This document shows, one piece after another, positions 1-9,223 of a DNA stretch of 64,000 nucleotides (its first letter is position 1; each line of letters begins with the position of its first letter). A program made the translations under genes and the position numbers. The notes beneath the pieces are model-generated. The model had not been told where the DNA came from and made no database searches. It saw nothing but the letters and a program-made list of their open reading frames with translations. The stretch covers positions 124,001 to 188,000 of IMG/VR virus record IMGVR_UViG_3300044680_000280. One strand, given 5' to 3'.

Positions 1-3000
1 TCGGAGGAATCCGTTACCCAGGTCGTCGAGGAGCGTGACGCCCGCGACTGCCGTCTGGTTTGCCGTGACGGGGTCGAGAGTTCGCTCGATGCTGGTAAAG
101 CCCAGAATCTTGCGGTGCGTATAGGGAGTCGCCACGTCGATTGCTGGGGAGCAGGACGCTCCTGCAACCGCCGCCGCAAAGAAGGTTCCGTCCACGATGC
201 TGTCGTAGGACTGGCCGGTCTCGTCGGTCAGGGTGATATCCGAGCTGTCGGGGTAGAGAGCCAGGATACGGTTCGAATTGAGGCTCTTGGCAACGGACTG
301 AGCATTGCTTGGAGTGGTTCCCGAAGCGAATCCGATCATACCCATGCGCTCTGCTTGATTTCGAATGCTCGACTGAACTTCGCAGTGCTGCGTGAGGTAC
401 GCAAACACTGAGGTGTCCGTCGCGAGCGGAACGATGACGTCGGGCTTGACATTGCCAGGAAGCGGGGTCGCGAGACCTTGAATCGCAGCGATGAAACTCG
501 CATCCGACGCCTGGTTCGTGTTCGCGACGGTGAGAACCTGGTCGATACCAACGAGAACCGCACCGTTCTGGACCATCAGATAGAAGGCAAGGGAGACGCG
601 GTTCTGCGGGCTGACCGCACCGAAGTTGGCCTCGACTGTCTTCTGCTGCTGGTAAAGACGAGTCGTGTAGTCCTGCTTCATGTACGTGTAGGACACGTAG
701 TAGGAGTCACCAATCGAAGGCGCGACGCCCGAGGGGTCGAACGTTTGAACCGTACCTGTATCGTTCACTCCGACACCGACCGTGTTCGAAACCGTTGTCT
801 CGAGACCGGGAATGGCGTACGTCGGAATCGACGAGGACACCTGGAAGGTTTCGCTTACGGTCAGGGTGAAGCTTCCAGCCGAGTCGTACGAGCCGCTCGA
901 GGCTGGGAGAACTGTGAAGCGAAGTCCCGTGACTTCGTCAACATAGGTCTGACCAGGGTAACCGACGTTGTTCGTACCCGTACCCGTACCGCTCGCATTC
1001 GAGGAGGTGACGACGTAGTTGTTCGTGGCGTCTTCGCCGTTATCCCCATCCGTACCAGGCGTGAGCCCGATGTTCGTAGTGGGATTGAAGGCCGAATTAC
1101 CCGAGGTGACGAAGGCGATGCTAGAGGATGCCGCACCGACGGTCAAAGACTCGAACGTGATGTAGTTCAAGCCATTGAGCTGATCGACATAAGCGACCGC
1201 GCCGCTTACGAAGCCCGACGTGGCCATCAGCTCATCGACAACTTCGTAGGCGAAAACCTTCGTCTGCGTTGCCGTCTGATTGACGGTGAGTCCGAGAGTC
1301 GCGTTCGACGTGCCCGAACCGATGGAGATGATCGAGTTGGCGTTATTCGTGGGGCTCGTCAAACGGAGCTTGTTGACGTTTCCAAGAGTTCCCGCCGACG
1401 CAACACCCGAAAGGCCCGGAACCGTATTGATGAGCGTCACAAGGGTCGACGTGGTAACGGAAGTACCAGCCGTCAGGGTGATGGTGTACTGAACCCCATT
1501 GACCGTAATGATGAGCTGGTCGTTGACACCCGCCGTGATGTTGAACGGTCCCGCAACCGATCCGAGAATCGTAGCGGGCTTGTTGATCGCACCAGGGGTG
1601 CCGTTCGCCGACTGGAAGGTCGTGAATCCAAGAACCGTCTCAACGGTTCCCTGCTCAATCGTGATGTTCGACACACTATCGAAACCGCCGGGGAGAGCCG
1701 CCGGAGTCGAGTAGCTGAAGATGTGAAAGAGCACGTCTCCGCCCGAGATCTGCGATAGGCCGGCGAGATGGTTCGGCGCCGTACCCGAGAAGGTGGCGTT
1801 CGCATCGATTGCCGCGTTGATCGCAGCCACGATAGCCGTAGGGGTCAGACTTCCGATAGGGATCGGGGCTACGACCGCCGTGCCGTCAATGAGCAGGTTG
1901 AGGTAGGGGGCCACTTGGGCTGTCGTCGCCGAATTCGTTGTACCCGTGTAAGATGCACTGAGCGTAACGACCGTACCAACAACCGTGGAAACGGTGTACG
2001 GAGTACCGGGCTGAGAAGCGAAGGTGACCTGAGAACCCGCTGTCAAGTAGCCCGTCTGATTGAGCGACGCGTTGACGACGGCCGAGGATGCCGTCACGGA
2101 GAATGTGCCGAGGAGGGCAGTTCCCGTGATGGTGATGTCACCGCCTGAAGGCGTAACGTGCTTACCGACGACAACGCCGCGAGCGGCCGACGCCAGGTTT
2201 GTCGTCACGTCCGTTCCATTGACCTCAGTTACCCAGGTTGCTGAGTAGGGGCTGAAGAAGCTGTAGGGCTCGGAGTTTCGATTCGTGAAAGAGGCGTTGT
2301 TCGCAGCGGCAGTCCCGAAGGTCACCGTGACAACCTCAGACACGGGCGTTCCAGCACCCGTGTGGAACGCATCCGGAATCGACTGCGAACCGCGAGGCCA
2401 CTGGACTGTCTCCGAAAGACCAGACTTCGTACCGAAGAGGATCTGGTAGAGGGGAGCGTTGTTGTTCGCATCGAGCATCGTGTACTGCCCGAATCCCAAA
2501 CCGCCCGGAACTTGGCACGTGAGGATGAAGGTATCGTCCTCGATGCGAGAGTACCAGAAGGTCGCAAACGCTTGGAAGTCCGGCGGAACCGGATTCTGAA
2601 GAGTGATGAGTCGGTTGGGGCCGTCGACCGCCGTAACAGTGACCTGTCCACGGTTCAGCGCATCGCGAAGAGACCGACCCACGTAGACCGTAACGAGGTC
2701 GGGTCGGTTCGTGACAACGTCTTGTCGTGAATTGGTAACCGACGCGAACAGGGTTTGTCCGAGTGGCGTATTGCGTCCGTTACCAGTGGTCGGCACCTCG
2801 GGAAGGAGGAACTGGTTCGGCGATACTGTTGCAGGAATGACCTGCGTGTTCGTCACTCGCGAGCACGGAGCGAGGAAGAGCTGGTCGTCGATGAGAAGCC
2901 CAGAGACTAGAGTCTCGTCGAACGGTTGAGCGCCCGGCGTCGTGGAACCCGCCGCAACGACGAAGCTTGTACCCCAGAAGATGACCGACACCGACGATGA

Positions 3001-4143
3001 CGGATTCGAAAGCACGAAATCCGTTCCCGGAAGGTAGTCGTTTCGACCCATCGCGATACCGCACTGAAGGATCGAGGTGACGAGAGCGTTCGGAAGGTAG
3101 TCGAACGTATCCTGCCAGGTATTCGAGAAGTACGTGACCGTGACGGTCGTCCCCGCGGCGGGCGCGAAGGAGAGAGTCACAATACCGTTCGTACCGTCGA
3201 GAGCCGTCGGAATGGTCTGCGTTCCGTTGACCTTGACGACGACCTTGCTTGTATCCGTCGTGGTAACGCCGCCGCCGCTGCCATCGACAACCGGGATCTG
3301 GTAAACCTGGAAGGCCTGGTTGCGAGTGGTCGCGGTCCCCGATGAGAATCCGAGAAGGCCGTTGGCCGTGCCAGAACCGATGACGAGATTCTGCGTCGTG
3401 GTGAGCTGAACGTGATTCAAACCGTCGTTGTCGGTGGAAACCGTAGCAACAAGGTTGGCGATAGCCGCCGCGTTGACCGCAGAGGCGAATCCCGCCGCCG
3501 TGTAAGTGTTGGCACCGAGAGTGATCGTTGAGCTCGTGCCGTTGACGGTGACCGTGAACTGGTCGCTCTGACCCGAAACAACCGTGTACGGTTCGGCTGC
3601 TGGCGAGACGAGAATCGCCTGAACTTGGGTGACCTGCGAAGAAACGTCATCCGTAAAGGATGTGTCGCCGCGGTGGAAGTAGTACGTAACTCGAACAATG
3701 TCCGTCGGTTGCGTCGGAACCTGAAGGGTAATGAGGCCCTTGGCGCCCTGAACCGAACCGACCGCGACCGGCGTACCGTTGACGGTAACAGTAACGGCAT
3801 TCGCCGAGTTCGTTACGATTCCTGTACCCTGTCCGTTGGTAATCGGAAAGTTTCGAACCTGGAAGGTCACGAGAGTTCCCGTCTGAACTCCAAGCACGGG
3901 GTTTTGGGGGTTGGTCGCGTTGACGACCCACTCTTCCGTGACGTCCTCGTTCACGATCTGCTGATCGACCGTTGCCGACGAACCTCGAACGAGCTCAACG
4001 TTATCGATCTCCAGGTCCTCCTGGCCGACACCGACAACTACCGGGATCCTTAGACCGGCAGTGAGGTTCGCAGTGTTCGCTTGCGTTAGCGTGCGGGTGT
4101 ATACGCCCGGGGGAACATAACTGAGGAACGGTCCCAAACTCAT
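1..4143 (-). CDS. Contractile tail sheath protein, 3'-partial (>1381 aa; runs off the left edge)
   Basis: ATG at 4143 reads MSLGPFLSYVPPGVYTRT (typical sheath YxxPGVY start). The frame was open wherever I translated it and ends at position 1 with NQTAVAGVTLLDDLGNGFLR, like a sheath C-terminal domain. Missing from the ORF track because its stop lies outside the window. Confidence 0.9.
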   Translation of the reverse strand, partial: MSLGPFLSYVPPGVYTRTLTQANTANLTAGLRIPVVVGVGQEDLEIDNVELVRGSSATVDQQIVNEDVTEEWVVNATNPQNPVLGVQTGTLVTFQVRNFPITNGQGTGIVTNSANAVTVTVNGTPVAVGSVQGAKGLITLQVPTQPTDIVRVTYYFHRGDTSFTDDVSSQVTQVQAILVSPAAEPYTVVSGQSDQFTVTVNGTSSTITLGANTYTAAGFASAVNAAAIANLVATVSTDNDGLNHVQLTTTQNLVIGSGTANGLLGFSSGTATTRNQAFQVYQIPVVDGSGGGVTTTDTSKVVVKVNGTQTIPTALDGTNGIVTLSFAPAAGTTVTVTYFSNTWQDTFDYLPNALVTSILQCGIAMGRNDYLPGTDFVLSNPSSSVSVIFWGTSFVVAAGSTTPGAQPFDETLVSGLLIDDQLFLAPCSRVTNTQVIPATVSPNQFLLPEVPTTGNGRNTPLGQTLFASVTNSRQDVVTNRPDLVTVYVGRSLRDALNRGQVTVTAVDGPNRLITLQNPVPPDFQAFATFWYSRIEDDTFILTCQVPGGLGFGQYTMLDANNNAPLYQILFGTKSGLSETVQWPRGSQSIPDAFHTGAGTPVSEVVTVTFGTAAANNASFTNRNSEPYSFFSPYSATWVTEVNGTDVTTNLASAARGVVVGKHVTPSGGDITITGTALLGTFSVTASSAVVNASLNQTGYLTAGSQVTFASQPGTPYTVSTVVGTVVTLSASYTGTTNSATTAQVAPYLNLLIDGTAVVAPIPIGSLTPTAIVAAINAAIDANATFSGTAPNHLAGLSQISGGDVLFHIFSYSTPAALPGGFDSVSNITIEQGTVETVLGFTTFQSANGTPGAINKPATILGSVAGPFNITAGVNDQLIITVNGVQYTITLTAGTSVTTSTLVTLINTVPGLSGVASAGTLGNVNKLRLTSPTNNANSIISIGSGTSNATLGLTVNQTATQTKVFAYEVVDELMATSGFVSGAVAYVDQLNGLNYITFESLTVGAASSSIAFVTSGNSAFNPTTNIGLTPGTDGDNGEDATNNYVVTSSNASGTGTGTNNVGYPGQTYVDEVTGLRFTVLPASSGSYDSAGSFTLTVSETFQVSSSIPTYAIPGLETTVSNTVGVGVNDTGTVQTFDPSGVAPSIGDSYYVSYTYMKQDYTTRLYQQQKTVEANFGAVSPQNRVSLAFYLMVQNGAVLVGIDQVLTVANTNQASDASFIAAIQGLATPLPGNVKPDVIVPLATDTSVFAYLTQHCEVQSSIRNQAERMGMIGFASGTTPSNAQSVAKSLNSNRILALYPDSSDITLTDETGQSYDSIVDGTFFAAAVAGASCSPAIDVATPYTHRKILGFTSIERTLDPVTANQTAVAGVTLLDDLGNGFLR

Positions 4144-4268
4144 TTTCGAGGCTCCCAGAGGAACGAAGGGTTAGGTCTGAATGCGTGTCTGATCTAAATC
4201 TGTCGCGAAACGCGAGAAGTGTCGTCTGGTTTGGATTTAGTATCTACGCAGTGAGACCTAACAAAGGA

Positions 4269-4712
4269 CTAACGATTCTTTCGATTTTCAGCCCTTTGTG
4301 CCCGCATCGAGTCAAATACAGCGTTCGAAAGTTCCTTACGGGCTTGCCTACCTGTCTGGGTCATAGGCTCATAATCGATAAAATCTCGACTCGTACGACG
4401 GATGAGCGCATGGGTGCCGCCCAACGCTCGAGCTTCCTGCTTGACCCTCTCCCGTTCGTGATATTGGGCCCATCGAGCCTCAGCGTCCCGACCGACCACC
4501 TTGTCAGCCGTTGGGTAATCGTCGACATGAACCCCCGTGTTGGCGGTTGAGCCAGTCGTGGAACCCTTGAACCCAAAAGACATGTTGCCGTCCCACACCC
4601 TAAACGCATCCTCCCCGCACTGGGGACACGCATGAGTCAGGTTCTCTGCCATCTTGAGGGTTCTTTCGAACTCCAATGAGCAATCGTTGCACTCAAAAAC
4701 GTATCTAGGCAC
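4269..4712 (-). CDS. FmdB-type zinc-ribbon protein
   Basis: MPRYVFECNDC...CPQCG: MPxYxF-CxxC...CxxC pattern. Confidence 0.7.
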   Translation of the reverse strand: MPRYVFECNDCSLEFERTLKMAENLTHACPQCGEDAFRVWDGNMSFGFKGSTTGSTANTGVHVDDYPTADKVVGRDAEARWAQYHERERVKQEARALGGTHALIRRTSRDFIDYEPMTQTGRQARKELSNAVFDSMRAQRAENRKNR

Positions 4713-4719
4713 GGGTCAC

Positions 4720-5922
4720 CTACTTGATCCTTTCGAAGTCACTATTCCGGCCAGCAAACAGGGGGAGGGTCGCGAAGACCAGATTGTTCGCTGTAGCGAT
4801 GAGCCCGGCCGAACTCGTTGGATCGCTGGGATCTGGAACCGTGCCCACAATAGCCGGACCGGGAATGGTCGGTTGAAGCTTGCTGATGGTAAAGGGTAGA
4901 GGAACGTGGAGTTCCCAGTCCGTCTGAATCTGAACGGTAAGGGAAGACGTGTACATGATGATCTCCCCGGTCTCATCCATGGGCTCTTCGCTCTCACCAC
5001 CCAAACTGATGTCAGTGATCTCAATACCCTCGTTCGAGAGAAAAGGACGCTTGTCCGCCCAAAGGTACATCATGACCCAATCCGAGATTTCCTCTCGCTG
5101 AATAGGGTCCTGGGATATGACATCGAGCTCGAAAGTCATATCCCACTTACCCCCGAACGCCTCAGCAGTGGCGACGCGGTCCTGCGTGACCACAATAGCC
5201 ACGGTATCGCCCTTTTTTGCCCTCTTTCCAAATGCCAGCACCACCCCCGGTAAGGTCTTGAAGTCCGCCGTGTTCCACTGGAATGCAACAGGACCTATGG
5301 ACTCAGCGGCATATCGATAATTGGCCGTAATCCTAGCACCCGGATTAAACGGGGTGAGAAACCGTATCTCCGAGGTTTGGTAATTGACCGAATAATCCGT
5401 TCCCTCTTTAAGCATGTAGCGACCATTCTCGTACATACGAACGGTACCGGCCACGGGTGTTCGCTGGAACGCAGCGTGTGTCTCCACTCCAGATTGAAAA
5501 TAGATGATCGGCTCCTGAGTGGCATCTAGGAGGGGATCCAAAATATACTCGCCATATTCGCTCGCATTCTGGGGGACCTTCAGAATCTCCATAAAGTACA
5601 CACCCGGGATGGTTGGCATGACGTCATTGTTTGACTGAAGTACTGCCATATCCTCGCGTACCCACTCGAGCGGATATGCGGGCGTACCAAAGAAGGCGAG
5701 CATAACGTGACTGACGACCTCCCCAAGGGAATTGTCAGCGGACAGAGAAACCTTGTTGGCGTTGACCCCCTTCAGAACAATACCGTATTGCGGACGCTCT
5801 GCGAACGAGTATCGATCCTGAATAAACGGGACGACCTTATCGTACACGGGATGCTTCGAGAAGGAGTCCTTTAACTCCTCCAGTAGCCGCCGCTTCATCG
5901 CCCCGCTGAGTCGATAGAACAT
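4720..5922 (-). CDS. Virion structural protein, probable tail terminator/completion protein
   Basis: 400 aa, just upstream of the sheath. C-terminal FELDVISQDPIQREEISDWV resembles tail-completion proteins; also carries a GTDYSVNY beta-module. Positional inference. Confidence 0.45.
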   Translation of the reverse strand: MFYRLSGAMKRRLLEELKDSFSKHPVYDKVVPFIQDRYSFAERPQYGIVLKGVNANKVSLSADNSLGEVVSHVMLAFFGTPAYPLEWVREDMAVLQSNNDVMPTIPGVYFMEILKVPQNASEYGEYILDPLLDATQEPIIYFQSGVETHAAFQRTPVAGTVRMYENGRYMLKEGTDYSVNYQTSEIRFLTPFNPGARITANYRYAAESIGPVAFQWNTADFKTLPGVVLAFGKRAKKGDTVAIVVTQDRVATAEAFGGKWDMTFELDVISQDPIQREEISDWVMMYLWADKRPFLSNEGIEITDISLGGESEEPMDETGEIIMYTSSLTVQIQTDWELHVPLPFTISKLQPTIPGPAIVGTVPDPSDPTSSAGLIATANNLVFATLPLFAGRNSDFERIK

Positions 5923-5923
5923 A

Positions 5924-6931
5924 CTATCCCGCGTGCTCTTCCAAAGCTAGAACGAGGAGACCTTCGGCTACCGCCGTCATGGGGTCTCTAGCCATACGGA
6001 TCTCACTGATGTTGACGGGAAATCCCTTCTTCTTGATTTCCCCGTACTCTTCCTTGAAGACCTGTTCGAAGTTACCAGCCAGCGTCGTACCGCCAGAAAT
6101 GACGAATGGGATGGGGTCGGGCAAATCGACGCTCGACTGCACCCGATTAAACTGAACCGCGATATTCTCGAGACAGTACCGAATGAGGGAACGGGCATAG
6201 AGGGCGATGGCTTCCTCATCCCGGTTGCTTTTGCTGGGATTGGCAATATCGACGCCACGTTCCTTGAGAGCGCACATCCGAGATGCCGTACTACCCATGG
6301 CTTTCGCAGCGTTCCGGTCGATCCAGTCTCCCCCGCGAGAGAGTGAGAACTCGAGACCCTTCACCGTCTGGTAAGCCAGAGCAACGTTGCACATTCCACT
6401 CCCAAAGGAGACGGCCAGCCCCGAGAAAGTCTGGTCAGCGCACTGCGAATAAATGAGGGCCATCGCCTCATTCATCGGGTGTGCCGTGTATCCCTGCTCA
6501 GAGAGGATCTTGCGGAAAATCTCCGTGTGGTAAACGATGTCCTGATCGGCATCGATGGGCGCCGCCGGCACTGAGTAAAAACAGTGTTCTCCAGCGACTC
6601 GGGGCGTTTCGACAACATCCTTGATGAGGAGACTCAAAACCTGCTGGGCCTTGAGCTCTCCTGCCGAAATGACTCCCTGACTGAGGGGACGTCGAACCTC
6701 CCGCTTGAACAGATTTGCCATGGCGAGAGCCGAATCTCCGATAACGATGAGCTGACCATCGATGTCCACGAAGTCTACCTTCGATAGACGGAGCTGCTTT
6801 TTGACCTCGGGCTCCAAGTCCAAGAAGGCGTCTCGGATTCGCTTGGTTGTGATCTTGTCTCCGACCTGCCTGGCCGAAACGACATTCATCGTGCCCAGGT
6901 CCAACCCAATTCCCACGCTCTCTTTGCTCAT
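5924..6931 (-). CDS. Actin-fold (MreB/FtsA/ParM-like) ATPase
   Basis: All five actin-superfamily motifs in order: IGLDLGT (phosphate 1), NEAMA (connect 1), SFGSGM (phosphate 2 variant), SGGTT (adenosine), PMTAVAEG (connect 2). Confidence 0.85.
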   Translation of the reverse strand: MSKESVGIGLDLGTMNVVSARQVGDKITTKRIRDAFLDLEPEVKKQLRLSKVDFVDIDGQLIVIGDSALAMANLFKREVRRPLSQGVISAGELKAQQVLSLLIKDVVETPRVAGEHCFYSVPAAPIDADQDIVYHTEIFRKILSEQGYTAHPMNEAMALIYSQCADQTFSGLAVSFGSGMCNVALAYQTVKGLEFSLSRGGDWIDRNAAKAMGSTASRMCALKERGVDIANPSKSNRDEEAIALYARSLIRYCLENIAVQFNRVQSSVDLPDPIPFVISGGTTLAGNFEQVFKEEYGEIKKKGFPVNISEIRMARDPMTAVAEGLLVLALEEHAG

Positions 6932-6979
6932 CTGATTTTCTCCATTGTTTTCATCTGATAGCGCTCTAAGCGCAAGTTT

Positions 6980-7762
6980 TCAAATCTTCCAGGGATCCCT
7001 TGCGTACTTAGCTCCGCCCTGAGACGGTTCCATTGAACGACTGCTTCGTTGCTTGAGTAAGTATACGAACTCCTCATGCTTGTCGGCGAAGCTTTGAAGG
7101 AGATTCTCGATACCATCGGTCATGGTGCCTTTGGCTTTCATCAGCTTGGACACGATCTGAAGTAGAACGAGAAAGCGAAGAGCTCCTTTGAGGGAGATCA
7201 GAACGTTTTCATCCGGGCTCGCCACAAGCGGGGCACCGTTGTAAAGTTCCTTAAGAATCAGCAGCACATGCGTAGACTGGATGACCGCGTTGACAAGTAC
7301 TGGCGTTCCTACACCGACTGAACGCTCGGCCAACTGGTCAATCATCTTGAGAGTGTCGTTGTACAGACGTTCGAAAAGCTGGTGATCCGCGTAGAAGGAG
7401 GGGCCAGACGCCTGCCAGTGATGGGTCTGATGGGCCAGGTTGATCGCCCGCATGAACGACAAGAGAGCCGCGAGCTCAGCCATTGACTCCTGACCATAGT
7501 CGAGAAGGAAATGGGCGAGAACGTTGGCGACTTCTTCGTTAGCGGCCTCCTTGCTGACCATCGCACGCACTTCGGCCAGCGAATCACTATCAGGCACGCC
7601 CGAAGCTTGCTTGGGGTGTCCAGCAGCTTTCCACGTATCGGCCCCAGGAAGATAGGGAGGACCCATCTTCAGGTGGTCGTACGTTGAGGGGTCGTGCCAG
7701 ACGGCATAAATTGCCGGAGCGTGACCGTTCTCGTACGGATTCTCGGGACCTTGATCAGCCAT
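6980..7762 (-). CDS. Dps/ferritin-like four-helix-bundle protein with N-terminal extension
   Basis: HQTHHWQASGPSFYADHQLFERLY...IDQLAER matches the Dps HW-x-G-x-F-xx-H...D-xx-AER pattern. Likely start is the ATG at 7762 (MADQGPEN), not the track start at 7882. Confidence 0.75.
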   Translation of the reverse strand: MADQGPENPYENGHAPAIYAVWHDPSTYDHLKMGPPYLPGADTWKAAGHPKQASGVPDSDSLAEVRAMVSKEAANEEVANVLAHFLLDYGQESMAELAALLSFMRAINLAHQTHHWQASGPSFYADHQLFERLYNDTLKMIDQLAERSVGVGTPVLVNAVIQSTHVLLILKELYNGAPLVASPDENVLISLKGALRFLVLLQIVSKLMKAKGTMTDGIENLLQSFADKHEEFVYLLKQRSSRSMEPSQGGAKYARDPWKI

Positions 7763-8123
7763 CGGTCGTCGGTTCTGATTCGGGAACCTCGAAGGAGGTC
7801 GCCTTCCACTCGTCGTCGGCCATCTTCTTCCGTTTGGTCTGCACTTTTGGACCTGGACCTGCTCCCATGGCTGCTTCCTCACGGAGATCCTGCCCTACAC
7901 TCGAGGGAGTCTCCCGTTCGGGCTTAGCAGAAAATGACTTGCCTGAGTAGGGCGACCTGACGGTCATCCTTTTTTCCTCAAGCCAGAACCGATGTCCTTC
8001 GGCGTCCGTGTATTTCCAAAGCATGGGAGATGCAGCCTGCTGCTTCTTCCCACTGTTTTTGGCAGCAAGCTTCTCGATGAGCTCACCGGCTTGTTTGCTG
8101 AGCTGATTTTGAACAGGGTGCAT
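7755..8123 (-). CDS. Hypothetical protein (122 aa)
   Basis: ATG start; overlaps the next gene by 8 nt; contains K/R-x-A motifs. Confidence 0.65.
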   Translation of the reverse strand: MHPVQNQLSKQAGELIEKLAAKNSGKKQQAASPMLWKYTDAEGHRFWLEEKRMTVRSPYSGKSFSAKPERETPSSVGQDLREEAAMGAGPGPKVQTKRKKMADDEWKATSFEVPESEPTTDG

Positions 8124-8156
8124 CGTTTGCCTCTAACTTGCACCGCAATAGAAACT

Positions 8157-8708
8157 CTACACACGCCCCTTCTGACGAAGTTCCCTCAACTTACCCGCGG
8201 CCCCCGAAACCGCACCATCGTCCGACTCCCCCCGCTTGGCCTCGATTCTCATTTCCGAATTCTCTGGAGTGATGCTCGACGGTATGAATGTGGGGACCTC
8301 CGATGCCACAACCTGAGGTCGTGAAACGGGAGCCAACGTTACGGCTGGGCTGGCTGGAATGGACGCCCCCACAGATTGTAAAAGCGTCAAGATTGAATCG
8401 AGCTTCTTTGCTTGGTCGACGAGAGCCTCCTTGAGTGCCTTGTTTTCCTCCTCCAAGGAAGGGACCTTAGGCACCACTTTTGGCTCGGGCGCTGGAATAG
8501 GCGGGGGAACACCCGGACCACCGTGAGAACCCGGATTCAACCGAAAGAGATGTTTCTGACCAATCGCCCGCCACAAGTCCTTCGACTCGTAGGCCCTATC
8601 CCCAGGAATTGCTACGGATACCCCATGAGGGACATCTATTCCCAGGTCATGTAGAATACACGTCGGGGTCCTAAGCCCAAATACGACGACGTTTATTTCT
8701 ACCGGCAT
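8157..8708 (-). CDS. Hypothetical protein (183 aa, Pro-rich with short coiled coil)
   Basis: Tightly packed ORF on the operon strand. Confidence 0.65.
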   Translation of the reverse strand: MPVEINVVVFGLRTPTCILHDLGIDVPHGVSVAIPGDRAYESKDLWRAIGQKHLFRLNPGSHGGPGVPPPIPAPEPKVVPKVPSLEEENKALKEALVDQAKKLDSILTLLQSVGASIPASPAVTLAPVSRPQVVASEVPTFIPSSITPENSEMRIEAKRGESDDGAVSGAAGKLRELRQKGRV

Positions 8709-8710
8709 GG

Positions 8711-9223
8711 TTACTTCCCAGTCAATACACCTTTGAGCTGCTTCATGACCTCGGCGGCCAATCGAGCCTTAACAAATTCTCGGGTTTCCTTCTTCGCCTT
8801 GTCAATAAGCGTGGTAGGACGGTACCCGGGATGCCACCAACTATTATGCAGCATCGACGCCCCAGTCGCCCATCGAAAAATGGTGGTACCGTCCTCAAGT
8901 TTGATGGGTATCGGACGTTTGGCCTTGGTAAGCCATGTCATCTGATGCGCCTTGCTCCCGTAAAGGAGTGGGAAGAACCCGGCGAAGTTTGTTGTAAGGA
9001 CTAAACTGCTTTTCTTGACGTGAATCTGTAGAGATTTGGCAATCTTAGCCTTGACTTTCGCGGAGTAGGCTGGATGAGTGATGAGACCCTCTAGCTTCTT
9101 CTTTAACCTGAGGTTGAGTTGGTACTTGAGGCTCCGAAGAACCTTGGCCGGATCTGCATGGAGGTTTCCCTCCCCGAGGATGGGTTTACCGTAAATACCA
9201 GTGACTCGACGACGAGGGGACAT
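8711..9223 (-). CDS. Hypothetical basic protein, possible neck/tail-completion component
   Basis: 170 aa, Lys/Arg-rich, abuts the neck-like gene; positional inference only. Confidence 0.5.
   Translation of the reverse strand: MSPRRRVTGIYGKPILGEGNLHADPAKVLRSLKYQLNLRLKKKLEGLITHPAYSAKVKAKIAKSLQIHVKKSSLVLTTNFAGFFPLLYGSKAHQMTWLTKAKRPIPIKLEDGTTIFRWATGASMLHNSWWHPGYRPTTLIDKAKKETREFVKARLAAEVMKQLKGVLTGK

Noticed and set aside
115-4053. Long plus-strand ORFs such as 478-1758 (426 aa)
   Set aside because: Arg/Val-rich antisense shadows of the codon-biased sheath gene
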